64,000 nucleotides of DNA from Eledone cirrhosa (GCA_964016885.1 OZ024740.1:371008001-371072000), one strand, 5' to 3'; positions 26,950 to 37,172 are shown, counted from the stretch's first letter. The notes: generated by a model from the letters alone, not told the origin. Translations and numbers: made by a program.

Positions 26950-27410
26950 TTCTTACTCCACTCATGTGTTTCAACGAGTTTTAGCATCCAGTCGTTTCTT
27001 GTTGTAAGATATTTGGTTAGTCTAATTGTGGGGTGCTTGTAAGACAGTTCAAACTGCACCTAGCCATGAACTCCTTGAGTTCTGGGAAGGAAAAGACGAT
27101 CCACATCAGTCATTGAGTGGTCCATCATATTAAAAGTCAACAACGTACCAATTTTTGTCTCAATTATTTTTACTTCACTGATATTCCAGTTCAACACACT
27201 GAAGCTATAACTAACAACTGGATGGCCTAGGCACGCTTATGAAATCCATCTTCATCGGATAACATCACTGACTGCTTTCACAATACACAAAAGGCCTTCA
27301 GGTTTATCATTGTCTTTGCCATATAGTTTTAGGTCATCAATATCAAATAGATGGCTTATTTGCCTGTTGTCAATTTTATTACCATACCTTGTTGTGTTAA
27401 GTTCGATTGT
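26950..27410 (-). mobile_element. decayed R4/Dong-like non-LTR retrotransposon RT fragment
   Basis: Minus strand translates as KIDNRQISHLFDIDDLKLYGKDND...LLCIVKAVSDVI and PVVSYSFSVLNWNISEVK, resembling the R4-clade motifs ISHLLYMDDLKLY and PVLTYSFGIINW. Confidence 0.6.
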
Positions 27411-27517
27411 AAGGAAGGTGAAGGGGGAGGGCGTCCTCTTATCTTTTTATCCTTTATTTCACCTCCTTACTCTCATTTACTTCACCTATTCTATTGTATT
27501 TTTTAAAATAAGTTCTT

Positions 27518-27842
27518 CCTAACATTAAAATTACCCCTAACCCTAACTCTAACTCTATCCCTAACACTAACACTAACATTAACCCTAACCCTTACACTAA
27601 ACCTAACCCTAACACTAACATTAACCTTAACCCTTAGACTAAACCTGACCCTAACCCTAACTCTAACTCTATCCCTAACACTAACCCTAAACATAACCCT
27701 AACTTAACCCCAACCCTAAGGGTAACTCTTACAACATCCTTAACCTTAACCCTAATAAATACTTCATCTAGTAATTGTCATTCCGGAATTATCTCCCTTA
27801 CAAATATATATATTTTTTTAAATATAACACTAACCCTAATAC
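27518..27842 (-). repeat. degenerate telomere-like array in the opposite orientation, (CCCTAA)n, fading into longer subrepeats up to ~28160
   Basis: CCCTAA, CACTAA and CTCTAA units, then repeated CCCTAATACTTCATCTA...GAATTATCTCCCTT. Confidence 0.9.
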
Positions 27843-28576
27843 TTCATCTAATAATTAATTTTCATTTATGAATTATCTCCCTTACATCTATATTTGTTTT
27901 AGAAAAACTTCTAAACTAACGCTAATACTTCATTTCGTAATTATTTGTCAATGAGTAAATTATATAACCCTGACCCTAAATCCCTGAACCTTAATACTGC
28001 CCCAACTGATATTCCTGTTCAACACAACCCTAATCCTAACCATTACAAACAATAAATCTAACAGATCCTAACACTACTGATATTCTTTAAGAATATATAA
28101 AGGCCTTAACACTAATACTTAAACTACTAATTATTTGTGAATCCTGAGTTAATATCCCCTACTGATATATTTTTTAGAGTAAATAAGCTCAACCACCAAA
28201 TTTTTTTAAAATATTAATATTAATGTGTATATATTTATACAGGTTGGTGCAGTCTCGGTGACACACTCTGTATTTATGCAGTTATAACTTTATCATACAC
28301 TTCGGCTTCTAGCACACTTCTTACTATGTATCTTAATTATTTACGATCACAAGTGCTAATTATATGCAAATTAGTGTTTCTACTTCAAAATAATACTAAG
28401 AGTGAATGGGTATAAATACTCGTCAAATACACGTTTCCTTGTGGTTGAATGGATGATATAGACATCTTCTGGTGAATATTTTATATTTATACACGTTGGT
28501 GCAGTCTCAGTTACTCACTGTATTTATGCAGATATAACTTATCATATGTGTGTGTATATATATATATATATATATA

Positions 28577-28793
28577 ACGAAGGAAATGTGGTAAGGAACC
28601 AGGTGGACCATAACGCACCAAAGTACTCAATACTTAGGGTAGTAGAGTGGATAATAGGACGAGTAGGACCCCGACGGCTGAGCTCAAGCCGTTTCGACGG
28701 CTAATTCTGGACTAAAATATTAGTCCAGTAATTTTAGTCCAGAATTAGCCGTCGAAACGGCTTGAGCTCAGCCGTCGGGGTCCTACTCGTTCC

Positions 28794-28796
<3 letters not shown>
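28577..28796. mobile_element. palindromic Penelope-type mini-element containing a half hammerhead
   Basis: Perfect 60-bp arms at 28659-28718 and 28731-28790. Each arm carries GAAACGGCT-TGAGCTC-AGCCGTC (stem III plus GUC). Flanked by (TA)n. Confidence 0.75.
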
Positions 28797-28854
<58 letters not shown>

Positions 28855-28949
28855 CTATGGATAAGGAGTTCACTTCGTAACCAGTTCAATCCTGCTCTCT
28901 GGCACCTTTGACAAGTGTCATCAAATATTACTGAAATATTTCTTGCTTG

Positions 28950-29270
28950 TCTCATAGAAAATGCTTTCAACACCGTACCATACACAGCTATGTGTTTGGT
29001 GCAGAAACGATTCGGTTGCCCTGATCGTTTTGTAGCATTCATCTGCGTACTCCCCGACGTCATGGTAGGACAGATGACATGTCAATACAACACATAAGAA
29101 GACTTCCAGATCAACAATGGCTTAAATCAAGGATCTGTACTTGCTCCAATCTTGTTCTCCTAATACCTTGCTTCGTGTAATTCCATCTACCAATCCTGGT
29201 TTAGGTATCAAGTACCGCTCCGATGGTGGACTCTACAAATTATCCAGACTCCGATAACAAAGACTGACCA
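28950..29270 (+). mobile_element. RTE (BovB-like) RT fragment, decayed
   Basis: Translates as AFNTVP...KRFGCPDRFV...FQINNGLNQGSVLAPILFS...IKYRSDGGLYKLSRLR. Confidence 0.8.
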
Positions 29271-29278
29271 ACAGTGGG

Positions 29279-29352
29279 AGAAGAAGAAGAAGAAGAAGAA
29301 GAAGAAGAAGAAGAAGAAGAAGAAGAAGAAGAAGAAGAAGAAGAAGAAGAAG
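29279..29352. repeat. (GAA)n microsatellite
   Basis: Perfect triplet run. Confidence 0.98.
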
Positions 29353-29744
29353 ATCAGTGATTATGTACTGTTTCCTTGTCCCTAGATCTACCATCATCAG
29401 TCTTTGTCTATCAGATAAACAGAATTTTAGTCAAGACATCCACCGTACAAACCCCGAAACGGTTTGAAGTTGAGCTTCCATGACTATAATAAGTTTTCTA
29501 ATTGTTCCCAAATAAATTTGCAGCTTACAAGATTTCAAAATCATGAATAGAATTTCAAACCAATTTGGAAAAGAAAAAAACCCCAGAAATCTCTTTATAG
29601 TATCATTCACAATTGTCAAGTTATGATGGTCAATGGGAGATAACTGATAACTTTCACTTCCACCACAATAAATTATTTTCTGCTAAACGTCACAGCGTTT
29701 CTCATAATAAGTTATATACATTTTTATTTGGTTATATACATTTT

Positions 29745-30430
29745 TATTTGGTTAAACATACAAAAGAAAGAAAGCAGCAGCATTGGAAAGGAGTATAAAT
29801 ACTATAAATGAGAGGAAAGGGAGGAGAAGAGCAAGGACTACTAGACAAAGAAAGAGAGAAATGAGGAAGGAGAAAAGGTGACAGACTCTACACCTACGTC
29901 AGAGTGGTCTTTCGGCTGCGCCCTGCAGACAAAATGGCAAAGGCATTTCCGTGGATAATGGCCAGTGACACACGCTGCAACAGCCACTCCACCTCTCAAT
30001 TTGATTTTATGGAGGAGGTCAACAGTCGGGGGTCCGAGGAAGCCTGAGGTCTCGGCGGCGCCGATACAAAGAGGAAGCGGCCGGAAAAACTCCGGTATAT
30101 GCTTGTCTTCCTATCCTCTGTATTGGGAGCCGCGGAACCGGGGCTTTTGGCCGAGGCGACTATGTTGGATGGGGAGAACGTGTCACAGCATGTCGCGTCC
30201 CAGATAAAGGATTTACCTCCTTCGAAAGGGAAGGGGGTTATTCCGCTGGGGCATTTGTCGTCACTACGGTCGAGACCTACTGGCTCCAGTTGTGATCGGA
30301 AGCCAGCTGCTTGTACAGTCCTTCTCATTTTGTCATTGAGAATGGCATGTCGGGGGAACCGGCCGGCATTCTGGTGGCATGATAACAGGTGCAAGCCTAA
30401 CTCATCAACGACAGCTCCACAACGGCATTT
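29745..30430 (-). mobile_element. CRE-clade non-LTR retrotransposon 3' end (zinc knuckle plus restriction-like endonuclease), frameshifted
   Basis: Translates as CRCGAVVDELGLHLLSC...GRFPRHAILND...EPVGLDRSDDKCPSGITPFPFEGGKSFIWDATCCDT...WLLQRVSLAIIHGNAFAIL; stop at 29894-29896. Confidence 0.85.
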
Positions 30431-30664
30431 ATTTGCCAAATTGGTGTAAGACAGGACAAAGGAGAGACACAAAATAACAACCAAAGAAGTCACTGAGGCG
30501 GTCACAGAATGTGTGAAGAAGGAGCTTTGATGACAATCAACAACTAAACAACCGACTGAGAATTATATCAATAAATTGAAGTGAAATCCTACAGGTGAGT
30601 GTGTTTTTTATTGGCCACATGACCAGTAAAACAAAATTTGGTTAAATTCACATAATTTTCATAC

Positions 30665-30722
30665 GTCGAATATGCGGATTTCACTGAGAAAATTATTACT
30701 CTCTTCAGTTCGTCAGTTCACC
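30665..30722 (-). ncRNA. type I hammerhead ribozyme motif
   Basis: GGTGAA-CTGACGA-ACTGAAGAGAG TAATAA TTTTCTCAGT-GAAA-T CCGC ATA^TTCGAC; both core boxes intact, ~10-bp stem II, short stem I. Confidence 0.7.
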
Positions 30723-31247
30723 ATTTTTGTTATGGACGTAAGGATTAAAGTTATACCAGAGAACTTTTATGGGAGGGGAGAGAAATTGCGGAGGTTCGAG
30801 TGTGAGTTAAATAAGGGTGGATAACTCGTATTTAGTATTGTGCAAAATAGAAAGAATTTGTTCGTACGTATGGTTAGGAAATCTATTATGTGGGCTAAAA
30901 GGATATAGCGAGATGTTATAAAAAAGGTTTCTTGGATGTTAGATAGATAGTATAAAGGTTAGAGTTTCGTAGGCGGGGTTGCTCTTTTGAATGACTCTCG
31001 GTGTGTTAAAAAAATATAGAAGAGAACATTTTATAGTGAGGGGTAGGGATTAACTCAGAGGATCAAGTTGTGGTTTGCAGTTGTCTAGTTGTTAATCAGA
31101 GTTCTTCCAATTATGGAGGGTGTACTTAAACATGTGTGGGCAGCGGTTAAAAAAACGGTCCTCTTATTTAGGTATGTTTTCATAGTGTGTAGCGGTCTTA
31201 AGATGTTCCATCGTTCATTGTTGCAAGATTTTTATGATTTCTTACAG

Positions 31248-31470
31248 TTAAGGTAAGGACCAGCTACGTGGCTGTTTATCCAGGTGCCTAAAAGTCGTTT
31301 TGTGGTTTAGGAAGCGGCTTTTGAAGCGACCTTGCGACATTACCGCATAAGTCTTGACATCCTGCTGCTGCTTTGGTTGGATGGAGGTTATCTCAGCTTC
31401 ATATACCACCGTGGGCATGATTTCAGCTTTCTGCAAGAGTGTTCTTTGATTTGTTGGTGATTCGGTCATT
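31248..31470 (-). mobile_element. decayed Penelope-like (Naiad-type) GIY-YIG fragment
   Basis: Translates as VVYEAEIT...KTYAVMSQGRFKSRFLNHKTTFRH. Confidence 0.7.
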
Positions 31471-31694
31471 CAAGTTTTTGACGCACAACAGCCGATTTTC
31501 ATAGTATGTCAGTTAAAAATTCGTCAATACTTGCGGTGTATGGAGATGTGGTTGTCAATAAGGGCTAATACATTTTTATTTACATAGGTTTTAATATTGA
31601 GCGAGAAAGGGGAAAGAACCATATTTTGTTTATTTTGTTTATTATCACAGCTCTTTCGTCACACATTGGTTTCTTTATATTTTTCTTCCTTGTG

Positions 31695-32000
31695 GAAGTT
31701 AAGACATGTGTTTTTGTGTTTAAGGCATTGGATTCACAATCTGGAGGTTGTAAGTTTGATTCCCGGACCAAGCGATGTGTTATTTCCTGAAGCAAGATAC
31801 TATATTTTGTGTTGCTCCAGTTCACTTAGCTGCAGTAATGAATTGCGACGTCTCTGATGCCAAACTGTTATGGCCTTTACTTTTCCCTTGTACAACATCA
31901 GAGGTGTTGAGGGAGACTGGTATGCATGGGTGACTACTGGTCACCCACACCTTGACTGAGCTTATGCCTTAGAGAATAACTTTCTAGGTGCAAAACCATA
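31695..32000 (+). repeat. tRNA-head / CORE-like SINE; its 3' part recurs at ~33120-33280
   Basis: GGTTGTAAGTTTGATTCCCGG...TTCCTGAAGCAAGATACT...TTGCTCCAGTTCACTTAGCTG. Confidence 0.6.
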
Positions 32001-33304
32001 TGTTATATTATATATACATTAGGTATACCATTGCTAGAAAGAAGGAAAGAGCATTAGCCATATTCAGGTTTGTTATCAGACAGAAGTGTGTAATAGTATA
32101 CTTCTATATTAAATTTCTGTAAAATATCAATCTCATTGGTTTACACTCTTCGCCCTGTGGAAAATTTCAGATTTTCTTTATCTACTACCTTTTAATTTCT
32201 TTTCTGTTCATCATTTTGTTATTGGTGTATCTTTTCTTTGTTATGGATTATCATGATTGTTAGAAGGTTGCACAGTGTTTAGTGGGAAATATTTATGGCA
32301 CTTATTTGTGACTCTTGACATTCTGAATTCATCTTCCAGAGATGAGCAGTGAAAAAACAAGAATTTAAAAATTGCGAGAAGAACGAGAGTGTAAAAATAA
32401 GAAAGAGCAGTTTAAAAAAAAACAACCCTGAGTGAAAAAATAAGTGAAAATCAGTGAAGAAATAATAGTGAAAGAATAATAAAGAAAGGGCAGTTAAAGA
32501 ATGAGTGGAAGAAAGAGTATGAACGAGAGTAAATGAACAACAGTATGAAATGTAATACAAGAATGAGTGTGAATGCAAGTGAAAAATCAGTTTTTAATGA
32601 AATTATATTAAACAGGATAGAACTAAGTATATTTCAGTTACATTTTCAGTATGATTCTTCATTTCTGTCTCATACACACACACTACTGTATCAAACACTA
32701 CATGTCTCTCTCACTCATCACTGTGTCTGACACTGTTTTTCTCTCTCTCACTCATCAGTGTCTAACCCTACGTCTATCACTCTCACACATCACTGTATCT
32801 AACATGTATTTCTCTCTCTCATCATTGTCTGACACTACGTCTCTTTCTCTCTCTCACACACACACACACACTCACATACATATCTCTGTATGTCTATATA
32901 TTTGTTATACACACAACACATGTCTCTCTCTCATACATAGTCTCACACTTCGTCCTTCTTTCTTTTTCTTTCTTTCAGACATTTCATGTTTCACCAACAC
33001 ACAAACAATCTATTTGTGTGTGTGTGAGTGAGTGTCTCTCATTTCCTATCCCTTCTGTTTTTTCTCTCTACACTTCTAAGCATGACTGAAGCAACATGAA
33101 ATAGAAGTTGTATCAGCAATTACCTCTCCCTTGGACATCAGTGGAGAGGAGAGGCTGGTATGCATGGACGACTGCTGGTCTTCCACAAAACAACCTTGCC
33201 CGGACTTGTGCTTCGGAGGGGAACTCTCTAGGTGGAAATCCTATAGTCATTCGTGACCGAAGTTGGTCTTTTCCCCTACCCCTTATATATATATACGGTA
33301 TATA

Positions 33305-33545
33305 TAATAAAAAGGATCGTTTGTTATGTCTTCATTACGTTTATTGAGTTGTGGCGTGTGTTTCGCTATTGATCAGCTCAAGGTTCTCACGTTGGACTTC
33401 TGTTGTAACACAAAATTCCAACAAGCTTTTGATTCCAGAGTCGGGCTAGATCGATACAGATCGAACCTTGAGCTGATCAATAGCGAAACGCGCGTCACCA
33501 CTCAATATACGTAATGAAGACATAACAAATCATCCTTATTATTAT
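33305..33545. mobile_element. imperfect palindromic Penelope-type mini-element containing a half hammerhead
   Basis: ~80-bp inverted arms at 33305-33386 and 33463-33545. The right arm has TAGC-GAAAC-GCGC-GTC-ACCAC; the left arm shows CpG-decayed counterparts. Confidence 0.75.
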
Positions 33546-33642
33546 TATTATTACACCTGCTTAATTCTACACCTCTATACTTACTGGAAACTACGCACCG
33601 AGTGCTCACTCTAGTGAACCTACAGTAACTGGACGTTACAAT

Positions 33643-33681
<39 letters not shown>

Positions 33682-33726
33682 ACACACACACATATATATA
33701 TATATATATAAATATGGGGGGGGGGG

Positions 33727-34261
33727 TTCAAGGAGCGTTTCCTGAACCACCAGTCTACCTTCAGATACCCGGACAGACGTTCATCCCCGAAACTCGCGAG
33801 CCACGTATGATCCCTCAAGGATTCAAGTATAGGGTACTCCATTCAATGGAAAGCTATCACTAAGTCCAAGCTATACGCAAGGGGAAATCCGACGTGTGGC
33901 TTATGTATTGACGAACGAATAACTATCCTAAAGAGATTACGCAATAGCGATTGCCTAAACACGAGAAGTGAATTTTTCACACGTTGTCACCAAACATCTA
34001 TTGCATAACTACAAGGCTCCGGACTGATTCTTTGTAATTTTATTTTTAATTTTTTTATTTTATTTTCAACCAAAAAACTTTCCGGACTTTCGTAGTTATC
34101 TCCCTTACACCCCCGCACGCAATCTAATACTGCCTGTGTGAAGTGACCGAGTTTCTGCGCATGCGCGTTCGTACGGTTGTCTTTCCTGTTCCTATAACCA
34201 TACATATCCCGAGCTGAAAACAATTGTTCTCGGTATGGTGAACTAACTGTTGTGTAACCAC

Positions 34262-34262
<1 letters not shown>
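33727..34262 (+). mobile_element. Penelope-like (Naiad-type) element 3' end: GIY-YIG C-terminus plus 3' region
   Basis: Translates as FKERFLNHQSTFRY...LASHV*SLKDSSIGYSIQWKAI...CGLCIDERITIL...LNTRSEFFTRCH; bounded by (TA)n. Confidence 0.8.
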
Positions 34263-34313
<51 letters not shown>

Positions 34314-34371
34314 ATATATTTATATACTTATATATAATATTAATAAATATAGGCATTCAACGTAATCAAAA

Positions 34372-34441
34372 TATATTTTATTATATATATTTCGGAGGTA
34401 CTGTGCTGTTTTTTCAGTACGTCCTCATCAGATAAAATATA
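34372..34441 (-). ncRNA. type I hammerhead ribozyme, apparently intact
   Basis: TATATTTTAT-CTGATGA-GGACGTACTG-loop-CAGTACCTCC-GAAA-T ATAT ATA^ATAAAATATA: perfect 10-bp stem I, 9/10-bp stem II, minimal self-complementary stem III. Confidence 0.88.
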
Positions 34442-34799
34442 TATATATATACTTTTATAATTTAGGTTGCTCTCATTTTCAATTAGTAATAAAATACATG
34501 TTTGTAGGTGTTTCATTTTTACTTTTATCTTTTTTTAATTCATTTTATTTTTAATATTTTTCAGCATAATTCTTATTTATTTAATTCAAATTGTGTTTGT
34601 TGTTATTGTAATGTTTGGGGTTTTGGGTTCGTTTTTTCCCCCTGCATTTTTAAGTCCCCACTTTATTCCCATATTACTTATTGTCTTTATTTAAAGTTTA
34701 AACCCCCACCCACCCCCAAAACATGAAAGATAGACAAATACAAGAATGAAAAGAAAAGGACGTGGGTGGGCAGTCACTAGTAATGTTCTTCCTCACATA

Positions 34800-35345
34800 C
34801 ATTATTATAATGGATTGACATAGAGTTACGTCCCTTTACGGTCTGAGTTCAAATCACGCCGAGGTTAACCTTGCCTTTCATCCTTACGGGGTCGATAAAA
34901 TAAAGTACCAGTAATACACTGGGTAATTGCTGGCCTTGTGTCAAAAGTAGAAACAATTATTATAATGGATTGGCAGTATCGGTAGAGGGTCGGACACCAT
35001 GCTTTGAAGCATAGAGTTGAATCCCTTTATGATCTGAGTTCAAATCTCGCCGAGGTTAACTTTGCTTTTCATCCTTACTGGGTCGATAAAATAAAGTACC
35101 AGTAATGTACTGGGTATAAGTACTTGTGCCAAAAGTAGAAACAATTATTATAATTTTGGCAGTATCGGTAGCAGGTCGGACGCCATGATTTGCAGCATAG
35201 AGTTACGTCCCTTTCCGGTCAGATTTCAAATCCCGCAGAGGTTAACTTTGCCTTTCATCCTTACAGGGTCAATAAAATAAAGCACCAGTAATGCTCTGGG
35301 GTAATTACTGACCTTGTGCCATAAGTAGAAATTATTATTATAATT
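34800..35345 (+). repeat. head-to-tail triplet of the tRNA-derived SINE
   Basis: Three ~160-190 bp units, each ending AAAGTAGAAA(C)AATTATTATAAT. Confidence 0.92.
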
Positions 35346-35385
35346 TTGTAGACTACATCCAAAATTTGCTTTGTTGATTATTGTT

Positions 35386-36640
35386 ATAATAAATAATAAT
35401 AATGAAATTATTGTGTAAAGTGCTCAGGTGCACTACAACTCGTCAATATAGTACATAGAATAATACACAAATGCCAGGGAAGTACATGTTTGTATGTGTT
35501 AGCTGTAGTGTTGGCGGATCTCGGGAAGCATGGAGGCCTTAAAGGATGCAGTGTCTCGACAGCTAACAACTGATGCAGGTAGTTTGTTCCATGCTTCAGC
35601 AACTCTGAGCGTGAAAAAATGTTTCCGAAAGTCATGGGAACTGTGCTGTTTTCTTACTTTGTGGGCATGTCCACGTGTGTTAGACACATGGAAATCGAAA
35701 AGGCACTCAGGGTTGTTGTTGGCAACATGGTTAACAATTTTGTGGGTGTTTACCAAGTCAGTTGCCAGGCGTCGGAGCTTCAATGAATCCATGCCCAGGG
35801 AAGCAAGGCGCTCAGAGTATGGTAGATGCCTGATGGAGGGTATTCGCTTGGTTGCACGTCTCTGAACAGTTTCCAGGCGGTCAATGTCCTGAGCAAGATA
35901 GGGGTTCCAGACTGGTGATGCAAATTCTAAGTGTGGTCGCACCATAGCTGTATACAGCCTTAAATAGATATCTGGAGAGCGGCTGACAAAGGTCTTGCTG
36001 AGTGATGCTAAGACACCCTCGGCCCTCTTGACAATTTTAGAGACGTGCCTCGTCCAACGCAAATCGCTGCTGACCGTAATGCCCAGGTCACGTTCACAGG
36101 AAGACTTCTTGATATTAGTGCTGTGGAGGGAGTATGTGGACGCTGGGTTTTTACTCCCAAAATGCATGGTGGTGCACTTGTCCACAGCTAGCTTGAGTTG
36201 CCAGTTTGAGATCCACTGTTGCATTGTGTCCAGGTCAGACTGCAAGCAAGATCTATAGTGTTCAGGATCTGTCCTTTTTATCTCAAGGTACAGCTTGATG
36301 TCGTCTGCGTACTTTAGTACTGTGGCATTCCTTAAGTTGGCATCTATGTCATTAATATATGCCACAAACAAAAGGGGGCCAAGAACAGATCCCTGAGGTA
36401 CACTAGATGACATCTCATATGGTGAGGAATGCTGTCCCAGAACCGTGACTACCTCTCTTCGACTGAGAATGAAGGACTTCAACCAGTTAAAAAGATCATC
36501 CTTCACACCCATTGCAGAGAGTTTTGCCATAAGCCTTTTGTGTGGCACAGAATTGAAGGCCTTCGCAAAGTCAAGGTAAACAACATCCACCCATGAGCCG
36601 CCATCAGTGATCCGGGTGATGTCCTCAAGAAACTCTATAA
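35386..36640 (-). mobile_element. CR1-clade LINE, 5'-truncated, with (ATT)n tail
   Basis: RT ORF followed by a short 3' UTR ending TAATTTCATTATTATTATT. Confidence 0.92.
35499..36590 (-). CDS. CR1-type reverse transcriptase C-terminal half, uninterrupted 363 aa
   Basis: Motifs YLDFAKAF, VPQGSVLGPLLF, KYADDIKL, ERDLG, VRPHLEFASPVWNP, LETVQRRATK. Confidence 0.9.
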   Translation of the reverse strand: MDVVYLDFAKAFNSVPHKRLMAKLSAMGVKDDLFNWLKSFILSRREVVTVLGQHSSPYEMSSSVPQGSVLGPLLFVAYINDIDANLRNATVLKYADDIKLYLEIKRTDPEHYRSCLQSDLDTMQQWISNWQLKLAVDKCTTMHFGSKNPASTYSLHSTNIKKSSCERDLGITVSSDLRWTRHVSKIVKRAEGVLASLSKTFVSRSPDIYLRLYTAMVRPHLEFASPVWNPYLAQDIDRLETVQRRATKRIPSIRHLPYSERLASLGMDSLKLRRLATDLVNTHKIVNHVANNNPECLFDFHVSNTRGHAHKVRKQHSSHDFRKHFFTLRVAEAWNKLPASVVSCRDTASFKASMLPEIRQHYS

Positions 36641-36730
36641 GTTAAAACATAAGAAATAAACAGTATAAATTAACAATAATTAAAACTACTTCACGTTCAT
36701 ACTAAACAAGTTGGTTTACTTATCCTTATA

Positions 36731-37172
36731 CAGTGTGGCCCAAAAGTCACTAGACCATTTTAAAATATAACTTTTTTTACAATTAATTTTTTCAATTAAA
36801 ATGGGTTATATATTGAAATGATCTAAAGCAGTGGTTCCTAACCTCTTGTACTCCATGGCCCACCTCAACATCTCAAACATTTTTATGCCCCACTTTTATA
36901 TAAAAACAGCGACGATCAACTACAAAGTGTAAACAAATTGGAGTATAGGTGATGTCAGATGCACAATAAGATGTGTGGAGGAGGTGAGACAGTAGTTTCT
37001 GACAGTAATTTGTTCCAAAGTTGTCTTGGTGTAAAAGTAATAAGATAAAACCTGAAGTTTGCTCTCATTAACATCATTTTCAAATTGCCCCCTTGAATAT
37101 TTAAATTGCTCCCCTGTGGGGCATACACCCCATGTTGGGAATCACTGGACTTGTGATTTTAGGGCCACCCTG
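36731..37172. mobile_element. Tc1/mariner-type MITE containing a hAT MITE (36829-37147)
   Basis: Outer ends TA|CAGTGTGGCCCAAAAGTCACTAG ... CTTGTGATTTTAGGGCCACCCTG|TA; inner ends CAGTGGTTCCTAAC ... GTTGGGAATCACTG. Confidence 0.8.
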
